DNA of 64,000 nucleotides, from NCBI GenBank assembly GCA_963784785.1, contig CAWASW010000007.1:2394-66393 (forward strand), in the 5' to 3' direction. The translations under genes and the position numbers were made by a program. Source of the DNA: Candidatus Woesebacteria bacterium. GTDB lineage: Bacteria > Patescibacteriota > Microgenomatia > UBA8517. The notes under the pieces were generated by a model. The model ran no database searches, had not been told where the DNA came from, and saw only the letters and a program-made list of their open reading frames with translations. Shown piece after piece: positions 32,112 through 42,822 of this stretch (its first letter is position 1; the number at the start of each line of letters is the position of its first letter).

Positions 32112-32442
32112 TTACAATCTTACTAATTTTTCCGTTGTTGTAAATAGTAGATATTTTTGTGTAAAAGTTAACAACTTGGAAAGAGTACTTACACCAAAAG
32201 AACAGAGATCTAGAGATAAATGGAGAGAAAAAGGTCGACTCGCAGAAATTCAAGTCGAAAATGGTTGGTCAAGAGAAGAATTAGCTCTCCATTTTCAACA
32301 AGAAGCCGAAGCAAAATTTACAAGCGAACTAATCAAACCAACTGAACCAAAAATAATTTATAATTCTGCAGACATAGTTCTAGCATACCTAACCCCACCA
32401 AAAAGAAAGAAAAAAATGACTTCAGTTGAAATTATACGATAA
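32038..32442 (+). CDS. Hypothetical protein; true start probably near 32176
   Basis: Open frame; 5' part overlaps the upstream gene. Confidence 0.4.
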   Translation: MKVTRNLKSINQKHPSSYLGFLGGNYNLTNFSVVVNSRYFCVKVNNLERVLTPKEQRSRDKWREKGRLAEIQVENGWSREELALHFQQEAEAKFTSELIKPTEPKIIYNSADIVLAYLTPPKRKKKMTSVEIIR

Positions 32443-32463
32443 TTTTGATATACTATAAGTCAT

Positions 32464-32724
32464 ATGGATGGGCAAAAAAAGCTCTGCACTGAATGTGAGG
32501 CATTGGGTTATTGTAAAGCAATAGCGTCTGTGCTTTGGGAACAAAATCACGCGCTAAAATTGGCAGGATTGATTGCACAATTAAGAAGAGAGGGTGGCGA
32601 TGTTTCAGCAAATGTCGAAAAAGAAGAAGTCACAGCACTAACAGGTGAATCATTAGATAGACTGACAGCATCCACCAAAGCCGTGGCCAGAAGCAAAGGA
32701 TGCCCTAATACTCACTTAATTTAA
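32464..32724 (+). CDS. Hypothetical small Cys-containing protein
   Basis: 86 aa, CxxC...C...CPN; TGATATACT -10 just upstream. Confidence 0.6.
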   Translation: MDGQKKLCTECEALGYCKAIASVLWEQNHALKLAGLIAQLRREGGDVSANVEKEEVTALTGESLDRLTASTKAVARSKGCPNTHLI

Positions 32725-32814
32725 GTATACAAACCCACATAAACACTTCCTCTTGCTTCAAGAAAAATTACCAGCTACAATGTTCAAGCTAGAGTGTTTG
32801 CGTTGTCGTTTTAA

Positions 32815-32849
32815 CTATACGCTATACCCTATGCACTAAACCCTATTTA
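32815..32849. repeat. Heptamer array CTATACN x5
   Basis: CTATACG CTATACC CTATGCA CTAAACC CTATTTA before gyrA. Confidence 0.8.
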
Positions 32850-32851
32850 TT

Positions 32852-35470
32852 ATGGATATTGGCAAGATTAAAATCGCAGAAATAACTTCAGAGCTTTCTA
32901 AGTCTTACGTTGATTACGCAATGAGCGTTATCGTTGCCCGCGCGCTACCTGACGTTAAAGACGGCTTGAAACCAGTTCATAGAAGAATTCTTTATGCAAT
33001 GAGTCAGATGGGTCTTAAGCACTCTGGTCCTTCTACAAAATCAGCCAAAGTCGTCGGAGAAGTTTTAGGTAAATATCATCCTCATGGCGACACTGCGGTT
33101 TACGACACAATGGTTCGTCTGGCACAAGATTTCTCAATGAGGTATCCACTTGTTAGAGGGCAGGGAAACTTTGGATCAGTCGATGGTGACTCTGCAGCTG
33201 CCATGAGGTACACAGAAGTAAAACTGTCTGCAATTTCAGAATATTTACTCGCTGATATTGAAAAGGATACTGTCGACTATATTGATAACTTTGATGCAAC
33301 TTTAAAGGAACCTGTTTTTATGCCTGCACTTTTGCCTAATTTATTGTTAATGGGCTCTGAAGGTATTGCAGTTGGTATGGCAACAAAGATTCCGCCTCAT
33401 AATTTATCAGAAGTAATTGACGCTATTAACTCCATGATTAAAAAGGGAAGAGTAACAATCGAAGATCAGGCTGCTCACGATACTGAAAATGAGTTTGTAA
33501 TCAAGAAAATTAATTTGATTGCAGCAGGAGAAGCAAAAACTTTCACACAAGAAGAGGTAGATCCAAAATCAATTTCTTTTGAGACAGATTCAACAATCGA
33601 TGAGATCACTGATATTCTCCCAGGACCTGATTTTCCTACAGGCGGAGCTATCTATGATGCCAATTCTCTAAAAGATGTTTATGCAAGTGGTCGAGGAAGA
33701 ATCGTTGTCAGAGGTATTGCAGAAATTGAAGATACAGGAAAGCGCTCTCAAATTATTATTTCTGAAATTCCATACCAAGTCAATAAAGCTGAGATGGTAG
33801 CCAAAATTGCTGAACTTGTGAAAGACAAAAAGCTTATTGGAATTTCAGATCTTCGTGACGAATCAGACAAAGATGGTATGAGAGTTGTTATTGAACTTAA
33901 GAAAGATGCCAAGCCAAAATCAGTCTTAAACAATATCTATAAACACACAAGACTTCAAACTACATTTCCTGCCAACTTTGTTGCCCTTGTTGATGGAACA
34001 CCACACACTTTAAACCTTAAGCAAATATTAGTTGAGTACATTAAACACAGACAAAAAGTAGTAGTCAGAAGGACAATTTTTGAACTTACTGAAGCCAAAA
34101 GAAGAGCGCATATATTAGAAGGACTTAAAATTGCACTTGATAACCTAGATGCTGTAATTAAAACAATAAGAGAGTCAAAGACTCAGGATGAAGCAAAGAC
34201 AAACTTAAAAGAGAGATTTAAATTGTCTGAAATTCAAGCGATAGCCATTCTTGATATGCAACTTAGGCGTCTTGCAGCACTTGAAAGAGAAAAAATTGAA
34301 AAAGAATATCAAGAATTAAAGAAATTAATTGATGAACTTATAGCAATCCTAAAAGACCCTCAAAGAATTTTAACAATTATCACGACAGAACTTGCAGAAC
34401 TTAAAGCTAAGTTCGGAGATTCCAGAAGAACCAAGATATACAAAAGTAAAATTGGAGAATTTAGCGAAGAAGATTTAGTTGCCAAGGAGGATGTTTTAGT
34501 AACTGTAACTAAAACTGGATACATCAAAAGAGTTGCAAAAAATACGTACAAAGCTCAAAGAAGAGGCGGCAAAGGTGTAATTGGAATGGTTACCAAAGAG
34601 GAAGATGAGATAGACCATTTAGTAACAGCTTCCACTCATGATCAAATTCTATTCTTTACTAATAAAGGTCGCGTTTTTGGCGCAAAAGCATTCGAGATTC
34701 CAGAGTCATCAAGACAAGCAAAAGGACAGGCACTTGTTAATTTCTTGAATCTTGAAGCAGGGGAAGTCATTAAATCAATACTACCTGTCAATAAAGAATT
34801 GAAAGCTAAACATTTGATATTAGCAACAGCATCAGGTGTTATCAAAAAGACAGAACTTAAACAATTTGAGAATTTAAGGTCAAGTGGACTTATTGCAATT
34901 AAATTGCAGGGGACTGATAGTTTGATTTCAGCACATCTTTCATTTGGAAGTGATAACGTCATGCTTTTAACTAAAAAAGGGATGTCTATTAGATTCCCTG
35001 AAGCAAATGTTAGACCTATGGGCAGAGCCACAACAGGTGTAACTGGTGTTAAATTTGAGGCAGGGGACAACTTAATCGGAATGGAAGTCTTCCCTGACAA
35101 ATTAGAAGTACCAGAAGATAAAAGGAAGAAAGTCTTTAGAGATGTATTAACTTTATCAATTCATGGTCTTGGCAAGAGAACCAGATTTGATCTTTTCCCA
35201 ATGCAAAAAAGAGCAGGAAAAGGAGTTAAAGCTTGTGTAGTAACTGATAAAACAGGGGACTTAGCTTGCGCTGCAATGGTTACTGAAAATTCTGATCAAT
35301 TGGTCATAACGTCTAAAAAGGGACAAGTTATTAAATTGCCTGTTAAAAACATTCCACAGTTAGGTAGGGCAACACAAGGAGTTATCATCATGAGATTTGC
35401 AAATAAAGGAGACACCATCGCCGCCGCCACAGTCCTAGCCAAAACTGGCGATGAGGAAGAAGAAAATTGA
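32852..35470 (+). CDS. gyrA: DNA gyrase subunit A
   Basis: [22 protein letters not shown], GyrA-box QRRGGKG. Confidence 0.97.
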   Translation: MDIGKIKIAEITSELSKSYVDYAMSVIVARALPDVKDGLKPVHRRILYAMSQMGLKHSGPSTKSAKVVGEVLGKYHPHGDTAVYDTMVRLAQDFSMRYPLVRGQGNFGSVDGDSAAAMRYTEVKLSAISEYLLADIEKDTVDYIDNFDATLKEPVFMPALLPNLLLMGSEGIAVGMATKIPPHNLSEVIDAINSMIKKGRVTIEDQAAHDTENEFVIKKINLIAAGEAKTFTQEEVDPKSISFETDSTIDEITDILPGPDFPTGGAIYDANSLKDVYASGRGRIVVRGIAEIEDTGKRSQIIISEIPYQVNKAEMVAKIAELVKDKKLIGISDLRDESDKDGMRVVIELKKDAKPKSVLNNIYKHTRLQTTFPANFVALVDGTPHTLNLKQILVEYIKHRQKVVVRRTIFELTEAKRRAHILEGLKIALDNLDAVIKTIRESKTQDEAKTNLKERFKLSEIQAIAILDMQLRRLAALEREKIEKEYQELKKLIDELIAILKDPQRILTIITTELAELKAKFGDSRRTKIYKSKIGEFSEEDLVAKEDVLVTVTKTGYIKRVAKNTYKAQRRGGKGVIGMVTKEEDEIDHLVTASTHDQILFFTNKGRVFGAKAFEIPESSRQAKGQALVNFLNLEAGEVIKSILPVNKELKAKHLILATASGVIKKTELKQFENLRSSGLIAIKLQGTDSLISAHLSFGSDNVMLLTKKGMSIRFPEANVRPMGRATTGVTGVKFEAGDNLIGMEVFPDKLEVPEDKRKKVFRDVLTLSIHGLGKRTRFDLFPMQKRAGKGVKACVVTDKTGDLACAAMVTENSDQLVITSKKGQVIKLPVKNIPQLGRATQGVIIMRFANKGDTIAAATVLAKTGDEEEEN

Positions 35471-36213
35471 TGCGAATCAATATGCCAATTAACGAGCCGA
35501 TAGAAGTATCCTCTCCACATGTTCAAAAGATATGGGACCTAAATCAGGACAAATTAATTTGGGAAGACTCTGAAACTCAAAAAAAAGCAGAGGAAATAAT
35601 TCTTGTCGCAACTCCTGACAAGAATATTCTACATAAATTGGAAGAAAAATCTGTCTGTCAGGTTGACTTGGACGATAAAGACCCAGGATCTATGCCAAGA
35701 TGGCGAAGGTTGGTTTCACTCGATGCAATTGCAAGACAATCCTTCTTAGACAACGTTAATCCACTTCAAATAAGAGAAATAATGTTTTTAGATTATAGAA
35801 ATGAGAAACAACGAGAAAATAATGATGCTCAACGTGCCGAAACTGTATTTAATGATGACGGAACGATATCTATAAGAATTTTTTATCAACAGCAATTTCT
35901 TACTGAGGACGTGGATTTATTTAATGCAATAGATTCGGCACACGAAGCAAAACATTTTACACAAATCGTAAGTGGAAGATTAACCAAACAAGACCTACCA
36001 GATATACATGGAAGTTACAAAAAAGTAAACGAACTATCCAAAAAAGATAACGAACATAAAGTACTTCAACCGTCAACCTTGAAATGGTACAAAAGATATT
36101 ACGGTAATAAAGGACTTGCACATTGGGCTAAAGTAGAGGCTGTAGTAAGTTCTATTGAAATTGCCAAAACAATGGATTATCTAGATTTAAGTTTGTTAGA
36201 TAAAAGTAATTAA
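35467..36213 (+). CDS. Hypothetical protein with HEXXH motif
   Basis: HEAKH; downstream E in KVEA. Confidence 0.6.
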   Translation: MMRINMPINEPIEVSSPHVQKIWDLNQDKLIWEDSETQKKAEEIILVATPDKNILHKLEEKSVCQVDLDDKDPGSMPRWRRLVSLDAIARQSFLDNVNPLQIREIMFLDYRNEKQRENNDAQRAETVFNDDGTISIRIFYQQQFLTEDVDLFNAIDSAHEAKHFTQIVSGRLTKQDLPDIHGSYKKVNELSKKDNEHKVLQPSTLKWYKRYYGNKGLAHWAKVEAVVSSIEIAKTMDYLDLSLLDKSN

Positions 36214-36905
36214 ATAGTTGAAGTACTCAAAGTTGGAGCGAAAAAGTTAGATACTATAATCAGTGGACTTTCGACCTTACTGTCTTTTTCATCAGAAGTT
36301 CTATTATATTTTACTTTACTTGCGATATCTCGAATTACGTTACCAACTACCTTCTTGGCATTTAAAGCATCGTTTCTTGTCGCGGAATCTAATTTTAGTG
36401 TTAGGATTGCATCCAATTTCATTGATACAAAATAGATTTCGGTAAAATCGGCTGGATCAAAATTTTCTATATTATTTAAAGCAGCCACTGCCATTTCAAT
36501 AGCGCTATCAACCTCGGCCAAAACAGACTCTGCTTCTTGAACATCCTCTTTTATAACTGCTTCAAATCTTGCATCTAACTCTTTTTGGCTTATTATTCCA
36601 TTATTGACTGCATATCTTTCAATCTCTTGGTATTTTGCAATATTTACTTCATTTTTACTTCTTCCAGCTTCGACCTTTGCTCTCACTACAACACCTTTCA
36701 CAACCTCGTTAATAGATTCGTTATATTTTATTAACTGTTCTTCGGTCAATTTTTCAGGCATGGCTGACATAGTAGCAGTTCCAATTTTATTTTCATCATT
36801 AATCAAAGCGTTCGTAGCCTTAAACGACAAATCAAGACTTTTTAATGGAGGGGTAACAGAACTATCTAAAGCAGCTCTTACTTTTTCACCCATATAATCA
36901 CTCAT
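36210..36905 (-). CDS. Hypothetical helical protein
   Basis: Long ORF, no recognisable motif. Confidence 0.6.
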   Translation of the reverse strand: MSDYMGEKVRAALDSSVTPPLKSLDLSFKATNALINDENKIGTATMSAMPEKLTEEQLIKYNESINEVVKGVVVRAKVEAGRSKNEVNIAKYQEIERYAVNNGIISQKELDARFEAVIKEDVQEAESVLAEVDSAIEMAVAALNNIENFDPADFTEIYFVSMKLDAILTLKLDSATRNDALNAKKVVGNVIRDIASKVKYNRTSDEKDSKVESPLIIVSNFFAPTLSTSTI

Positions 36906-36996
36906 ATAAACAACATAATTACAAAGATTCAATTTAATGTCAACAGTTAACTAAGCAAAAGCGGGGTGGGAATTGTGAGGTTAGTTTATCTGTTTG

Positions 36997-37128
36997 TTAA
37001 TAAAATTCTTCTTTAGAAGGTAATTTTCCAATTTTTTCGTCCAATTTTGCGTCAATTTGAGTTTCAATTGCGTCATCTAACAAAATTTTGATTTTCTTTA
37101 ACAACTTAACTTCATCATAACCATTCAT
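36997..37128 (-). CDS. 43-aa coiled-coil ORF, possibly truncated
   Basis: MNGYDEVKLL...LDEKIGKLPSKEEFY; TATAAT directly upstream; read manually. Confidence 0.45.
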   Translation of the reverse strand: MNGYDEVKLLKKIKILLDDAIETQIDAKLDEKIGKLPSKEEFY

Positions 37129-37200
37129 AATTATATTAAATCACTTCTTGAAATTACAGTCAATTGAGTTATAGTTAAATCAATGAGATTCAACTACGTT

Positions 37201-37932
37201 ATGAAGCGATTTATTAGCATAGTCTTATTCTTTGTACTTCTATTTTTATATTCAAAATTTGGGCCGAGTCTTCCAATTTCTGTTCTTACTCAAACCAAAG
37301 GTGAACCAATGATGGTAACTGAAACAGGAAAAGTAACGGTCGTACCGGATATCGCAAAAGTAAGTTTTGGCATAGAAGCACAGGGTCAGATCCTGAAACA
37401 AGTTCAGGATAGTGTAAACACAAAATCTAAAAAACTAACAGATGCACTTAAAAAATTAGGAATAGATGAAAAAGATATCAAAACAACTAATTACTCAGTA
37501 AATCCAGAATACGACTATCAAACAAGTCCATACAAAATAAATGGCTATAGAGTATCTACAAATTATGAAATAAAGATTACCGACTTTGAAAAGGTCAACG
37601 ACGCATTAACAATAGCTACAGAGTCAGGCGCAAATGTAATAGGCAATATAAGCTTTGAAGTTAACGATAAATCAAAGGAAGAAATGACCCAAAAAGCTCG
37701 TGAAGAAGCTGTCAAATTAGCCAAAACCAAGGCTGAAGGAATAGCTAAAGCTGCAGGAATTACATTAGGTAAAATTATTAATGTCACAGAATCTACTGGC
37801 TTCAATTACCCAATGATGTATGATACAAAATTAGCAATTGCTGGAAATGGAGCAGAACCAATAGCAGCAAACGTAGCACCTGGAGAAACAGAAATATCAG
37901 TAACAGTCAGTCTTTCCTACGAAATTCGTTAA
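37201..37932 (+). CDS. SIMPL (DUF541) domain protein
   Basis: PDIAKVSFG, DIKTTNYSVNPEYDY, AKTKAE..A..AG..LG. Confidence 0.9.
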   Translation: MKRFISIVLFFVLLFLYSKFGPSLPISVLTQTKGEPMMVTETGKVTVVPDIAKVSFGIEAQGQILKQVQDSVNTKSKKLTDALKKLGIDEKDIKTTNYSVNPEYDYQTSPYKINGYRVSTNYEIKITDFEKVNDALTIATESGANVIGNISFEVNDKSKEEMTQKAREEAVKLAKTKAEGIAKAAGITLGKIINVTESTGFNYPMMYDTKLAIAGNGAEPIAANVAPGETEISVTVSLSYEIR

Positions 37933-37966
37933 TCTCTTCATAATATGTTAGGTATATAATTGCCAA

Positions 37967-38926
37967 ATGAAAAAGTCACTACTTGTTATTATAGGGGCAA
38001 CAGGAGATCTGGCTATTAAAAAGATTTTTCCAATCCTTAAAAACATTGACAACTTAAATGTAGCTACATATTCGAGGAAAAAACCAGACACACCGCATCA
38101 CTCGATAATTGGAGAATTAGATAATTTAACCCCTGTTGATAAATATCTTAAAGAGTTTAATTTTGATAGTGTATATTTTTACGTTGCTTTGCCACCTAGT
38201 TTGTACTTTAATTTTATTAAAAATGTTTACCGAGATTTAGCAACTAAGAATATTAGAATTGCACTTGAGAAACCGTTTGGCTCGTCATATTCAGAGGCAA
38301 AAAAAATAGCTAAGATTATAAAAAAATACGGTGAACAAAACTTCTATTTAGTTGACCACTACGCAGCAAAAGAATCAATATTAAAGTTTGTTGACAGGAG
38401 AAGTGATATTGTAAATAAAAAAATTCAATCAGTAGAGATATCGATCTCAGAAACTGAAAGACTAGAAAAAAGAGGTGCTTTTTTTGACCAAGTTGGAATT
38501 ATAAAGGACACTGTTCAAAATCACATGTTATTATTAGCCCAAAAAGTATTAGACAAAGAGATAAACATACACAACTTTACAGTTAAACCAGAGACTATAA
38601 TTCTAGGTCAATTCGAAGGATACAAAAACATTGAAGGTGTTCATCCAGAATCAAATACACATACCTATTTTAAAGCAACGTTCTTACATGAAGACATGGA
38701 ATTTAAACTTTTTTCTGCAAAAGCACAAGATAAGAATGAAAAACATGTAAAAATTACTTTTACTGACAAAACTCAGCACATAATTTACATTGATGAAATG
38801 TCTGAATTTGGAAAAACTCCTCATGAACAAATCATCAAAGATTTCGTTTCCGACTCTAAAAAGCTATCTATCAATATTGATGATGCTTTAAACCAATGGG
38901 GGATTGTCGAACAATTACAAATTTGA
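37967..38926 (+). CDS. zwf: Compact glucose-6-phosphate dehydrogenase-like protein
   Basis: GATGDLA, YVALPP, EKPFG, VDHYAAKE, QNH. Confidence 0.8.
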   Translation: MKKSLLVIIGATGDLAIKKIFPILKNIDNLNVATYSRKKPDTPHHSIIGELDNLTPVDKYLKEFNFDSVYFYVALPPSLYFNFIKNVYRDLATKNIRIALEKPFGSSYSEAKKIAKIIKKYGEQNFYLVDHYAAKESILKFVDRRSDIVNKKIQSVEISISETERLEKRGAFFDQVGIIKDTVQNHMLLLAQKVLDKEINIHNFTVKPETIILGQFEGYKNIEGVHPESNTHTYFKATFLHEDMEFKLFSAKAQDKNEKHVKITFTDKTQHIIYIDEMSEFGKTPHEQIIKDFVSDSKKLSINIDDALNQWGIVEQLQI

Positions 38927-39919
38927 TTTAATATATTCCTTGATATTTACTCCATCTTTAGGGACAAGGATATAGGCTCCTTGTGCGCTTTTGCTATTTT
39001 GCAAAACATTTTCATCTGATAAACCAATGTAAGAAATTGCATAATCCAAAGGACTACCAATTTCAGCAAGCATACTCTTTACTGATTCAACAGTAAAATC
39101 AGTTTTAACAAAATCTAATGCAGCAGCAACTGAAGAAACATTTGCCTTCTGAAGAATGGCTTTTAATACCTCGAATTGGTGTCGAGAACGTTCGAAATCA
39201 TTGCCTCCGTGGCGGCTCCTAACGTATTTTAAAGCCTCTACTCCTATCATTTCATGTAGTCCTACACCATATGAAATTGTTTCATATCTACAAGTAAATT
39301 GTTTCTCTAATTCAAAGCCTGTGTATTTCAAATGAACATCTGCAATTTGCTCATTACTCATCCCACACATTTCATTTTCTTTGCCTCTGACGGGGTAAAA
39401 ATTATCTGTATAGGCTTTTTTGACATCAACTGTAATTCCACCAATTGAATCAACCATTTTTTCAAAAGAAGAAAAATCAATAGAAACAGAATTTGATATA
39501 GGTAGTCCTGTAACACCTGTTAAAGCATCTTTAAGAGAAGGATCCGCATTTATTTTATGTCCAGAAAACCAAAAGTCACGAGGAAATGAAACTAAACTTG
39601 CCTTTTTATCAGTTACATTAACATGGACAACAATTATGGCATCCATCAAACCACCACCAGAGTGATTAGCTCCACCATGTCCTGTTAAAAGTATATTAAA
39701 AGTTTTAGCCTCTGGAGTTGTGACTCTTTCTTCTTCTATTAAAACAGATAGGGGGTAGTTAGTTGTAATTTTTGGTTCAGTAACAGCTTGCTTCTTAAAA
39801 AGTTTCGTATAACCAAACGCCCCCATCAACATTCCTGTAAAAAACACCAGAGTAACCATAGCCATAACCCTAACCGGAACATTATCAAGAATTTGTTGTA
39901 TTGTGGGATGTACTTTCAC
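38915..39919 (-). CDS. LCP (LytR-CpsA-Psr) family protein
   Basis: D.IIV, SFPRD, VDSIGGI, ALKYVRSRH, DFERS. Confidence 0.9.
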   Translation of the reverse strand: MKVHPTIQQILDNVPVRVMAMVTLVFFTGMLMGAFGYTKLFKKQAVTEPKITTNYPLSVLIEEERVTTPEAKTFNILLTGHGGANHSGGGLMDAIIVVHVNVTDKKASLVSFPRDFWFSGHKINADPSLKDALTGVTGLPISNSVSIDFSSFEKMVDSIGGITVDVKKAYTDNFYPVRGKENEMCGMSNEQIADVHLKYTGFELEKQFTCRYETISYGVGLHEMIGVEALKYVRSRHGGNDFERSRHQFEVLKAILQKANVSSVAAALDFVKTDFTVESVKSMLAEIGSPLDYAISYIGLSDENVLQNSKSAQGAYILVPKDGVNIKEYIKSNL

Positions 39920-39936
39920 AAAGTAAGTATATCAAA

Positions 39937-40701
39937 TTAATTTGCGACGTTTACTCTCTTAAATGTATCATTTGAATTTTTATCTGCTACATACATAGTT
40001 AACCCATACTCAGTACACGCAGCTTTATTAAAATCCACAACTGATTGCATTGCTTGCACAACAGATCCTGTTTTGAGTTTCCCTAAAAATTCGTCTTCCA
40101 GAACCTTAATATCTCTACGTATGTTTTCAGCAGACAAATTATTTGGAGTAACTGATGTTTTTAATAATAGTATTCTATTATTATCTCCATATGAAATCAT
40201 CGAAACTTGTTGCTCAGGATTTGACAGTAAAGAAATAAAATCAGATCCACTAAAACCGTGTGCAGTTAGGTAAGCTTCTTTACCTGAAGGATGAGTATGA
40301 ACAAGACCGATCCTTGCGAAATCTCTAGATCTTGATGTGTCAGGTGGTGTCCAATCTGTAATTACTTGACCGTGAGTACCCACACATATTTTATTTGCAA
40401 ATTGTAATTTTTGATTTCGAGCATCAACAAATAATGGCCGTGAATGTTCGACACCGAGTTCCTTAGACCTCTTAGACAGATCTTCTACTATATCGTGCCA
40501 ACCTTTTATTTCTATTGTATCGGGACGATTATATGACGGAACCGAAATGCCCCCCCCTACAGTACCCAACGAGATTAGAACTTGTCGAATTCTCAAGGAT
40601 TCCCAATTTCTTGGTTTCGTCATCTCATCTAACGTCTTTTTATCTTCAGGGTGAATTCGTTCAATCTTATATGGTTTATCATCAAAAAAGAAATCTGACA
40701 T
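39937..40701 (-). CDS. JAB/MPN-like metalloprotease-domain protein
   Basis: Upstream E (VEH), HTHPS, FSGSD. Confidence 0.65.
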   Translation of the reverse strand: MSDFFFDDKPYKIERIHPEDKKTLDEMTKPRNWESLRIRQVLISLGTVGGGISVPSYNRPDTIEIKGWHDIVEDLSKRSKELGVEHSRPLFVDARNQKLQFANKICVGTHGQVITDWTPPDTSRSRDFARIGLVHTHPSGKEAYLTAHGFSGSDFISLLSNPEQQVSMISYGDNNRILLLKTSVTPNNLSAENIRRDIKVLEDEFLGKLKTGSVVQAMQSVVDFNKAACTEYGLTMYVADKNSNDTFKRVNVAN

Positions 40702-40709
40702 AATTAATT

Positions 40710-41105
40710 TTACAATTTTTTAAACTTAAATCCACCTGATTTGGAAAGCTTATGGGTTTTACTACCTCCGCGAGATTCATAGACTTCCTCCGTATCCACC
40801 CCAACTGTTGAAGAGCCATGTTTTCGTATAGTGTTTAAACTTGGACTTCCAACTCCAGCTAAGTCAATCATTTCATCATTTTCTTCAAGTGAAAGATGGG
40901 TGACATCGCTAGGTTGGACATGAGAGGGGAGTGAACCTAGTGGAAAATAAACAACTTCTCCAGTAGTTTCATCAAGTGCCTCAACAACTCTCACTTGTCT
41001 TTCTTGTGCAGAAATTTTACCTAAATTGAGTGCTGTTATTTTATGAAAAGGTTTACCAACAACTTCTGCTTGAATAATTAATGTATGTCCATCATCCTTT
41101 GACAC
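40710..41105 (-). CDS. Hypothetical protein
   Basis: 131-aa ORF 3 nt downstream of xer. Confidence 0.55.
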   Translation of the reverse strand: MSKDDGHTLIIQAEVVGKPFHKITALNLGKISAQERQVRVVEALDETTGEVVYFPLGSLPSHVQPSDVTHLSLEENDEMIDLAGVGSPSLNTIRKHGSSTVGVDTEEVYESRGGSKTHKLSKSGGFKFKKL

Positions 41106-41108
41106 AAT

Positions 41109-42038
41109 TTATTTCCCCCTTCCGTGGAAGGTTTCGTGGATGTCGTGGAGCTGTTTATTTGTAACGTGAGTATAGATTTGTGTAGTTGATATATTTTTAT
41201 GCCCCAGCATCTCTTGAATACTTCTTAAATCTGCACCCGCGTTAAGTAAATCTGAGGCAAAACTGTGGCGGATCCCGTGAGGCGTAATTTCGACCGGAAG
41301 TTTAATTTTACGCACATATTTTTTCACCAAACGTTCAACTGATCGGGGAGTGAGGCGCATTTTATTGTCCTCCATTGTAGGATCAACATGGCCTTTATGA
41401 CGAATAAACAGAGGTTTAAAATGATCTTTCCTTTCTGCAATATATCTTTTTAAGTATTCACAAGCACGAGATGATAAAAACACGACTCTAGCCCTCCCGC
41501 CTTTTCCAGTAATACCAAATTCTCTGCGTTCAAAATCAATTTTTTCAATGTTTAATCCTGTAAGTTCTGATACACGAAGGCCTGTAGAAAACAAAACTTC
41601 CAATATTGCCTTGTCTCTTATGCCTTGGATATCTGACATCGTGGGAGCATTCAAAAGTCTATCGACCTGCTCACCATTCAAGAATTTAACTTGTCTATCA
41701 GGAATTTTCGGTAGCTCAATTTTATCAGGTGCCATTACTTGGTAGTCGTTGCGTATTAACCACTTTAAAAACGATCGTAGTGCGATTGCATGGTATCCTT
41801 GAGTCTTTTTACCAAGTCCAAGCTTTGCCAAATATGCTCTAAAATCATGAATTGTATCCTGTTTTATGTCTTGGAGTTCCCCTTTACTATTTCCTCTAGT
41901 TATCCATTCATCTAATCTACTAAGATAATGCTTGTAGTTACGTATCGTTAGGGGAGAGCATCCTTTTTCAACAGATAAATAGTCTAAGAATTCATCAATC
42001 TTTTTTGATATTTCAGAGTTTGTTATTTGACTGGGCAT
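41109..42038 (-). CDS. XerC/XerD-type tyrosine recombinase
   Basis: SAM N-domain; TGLRVSEL, GKGGR.R, PHGIRH, LGH, TTQIY. Confidence 0.93.
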   Translation of the reverse strand: MPSQITNSEISKKIDEFLDYLSVEKGCSPLTIRNYKHYLSRLDEWITRGNSKGELQDIKQDTIHDFRAYLAKLGLGKKTQGYHAIALRSFLKWLIRNDYQVMAPDKIELPKIPDRQVKFLNGEQVDRLLNAPTMSDIQGIRDKAILEVLFSTGLRVSELTGLNIEKIDFERREFGITGKGGRARVVFLSSRACEYLKRYIAERKDHFKPLFIRHKGHVDPTMEDNKMRLTPRSVERLVKKYVRKIKLPVEITPHGIRHSFASDLLNAGADLRSIQEMLGHKNISTTQIYTHVTNKQLHDIHETFHGRGK

Positions 42039-42179
42039 CGTCTATATAATTAGTTTATATTGAGCGGAGCCGAAATGTCAATAACATTGTGCGACACCAT
42101 AGCAAGGTCTGACCTTATCATTTTTCACGCATGAAAGAAAGAGGGGAGGGGTACTACCCTATTTGATAGGGTAAATTTT

Positions 42180-42352
42180 CAATGATCAAATTCCAACATC
42201 CAAACAATTACAAGGTCGCAAATACAAAATTACAAAATACACAAATAAAACATGTTTAATTATATTAAATTATTTACAATGCAGAGTTTTATGAATTTTG
42301 ACGTTTGATATTTAAAATTTGCTTGATCATTGGGGTTTGATCATTGGTTATT
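42180..42352. repeat. Inverted pair of degenerate heptamer arrays (MITE-like)
   Basis: CAATGATCAAA 42180-42190 vs TTTGATCATTG 42336-42346; A/C-rich arm faces T/G-rich arm. Confidence 0.65.
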
Positions 42353-42471
42353 GAGGCCATATTTATGACCTCGTGTAGTCAATTCTAAGGCCTCTGTTTT
42401 ATTAAAGACGACGTACAATCCTTTTCATTTATTCCCGTATTTTTGGGATAATACAGGACTCCTCCAAAAAT

Positions 42472-42506
42472 TAGCGTTTAGGGGATAGCGTATAGGGTTT
42501 AGAGGC
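42472..42506. repeat. Heptamer array TAGNGNN x5
   Basis: TAGCGTT TAGGGGA TAGCGTA TAGGGTT TAGAGGC (reverse complement of the CTATACN family). Confidence 0.8.
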
Positions 42507-42526
42507 ACAAACCATAATTAAAAGCC

Positions 42527-42619
42527 AAATGCTAAAAAGGCGAATGATAAATGAAGAAAAACTTATATGTATATGGAGATTATTTCATTTAGCATTTATA
42601 TTTTTATAATTTAGCATTT
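42527..42619. repeat. Second inverted heptamer-array pair
   Basis: AAATGCTAAA 42527-42536 vs TTTAGCATTT 42588-42597 and 42610-42619. Confidence 0.65.
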
Positions 42620-42648
42620 ACACACCACTCCTCTCAGCCCCATACTTT

Positions 42649-42676
42649 ACGTCGTAAAAGTATTATTGTACGACAT
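42649..42676. other. Candidate dif-like Xer site
   Basis: ACGTCGTAAAA-GTATTA-TTGTACGACAT: 11-6-11, arms 9/11 complementary, about 610 bp upstream of xer. Confidence 0.45.
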
Positions 42677-42759
42677 AAGTTTTCTAGAGATATTTAAGTG
42701 TTATTACGACGAGGACTACATACATGTCACATATGAGACATTAGAGAAATTTAATATAA

Positions 42760-42791
42760 CTATTTATCTAGTTATCTATTCATCTAGTTCC
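42760..42791. repeat. Octamer array x4
   Basis: CTATTTAT CTAGTTAT CTATTCAT CTAGTTCC. Confidence 0.75.
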
Positions 42792-42813
42792 CCAAAGAAG
42801 CTATGCTCTCAAC

Positions 42814-42822
42814 TTATCCACA
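42814..42822 (+). promoter_or_regulatory. Consensus DnaA box (single)
   Basis: TTATCCACA. Confidence 0.35.

Noticed and set aside
41109-42038. Prophage or integron integrase
   Set aside because: XerC/D size and motifs, no IntI-specific insertion, no phage genes and no attC array recognised.
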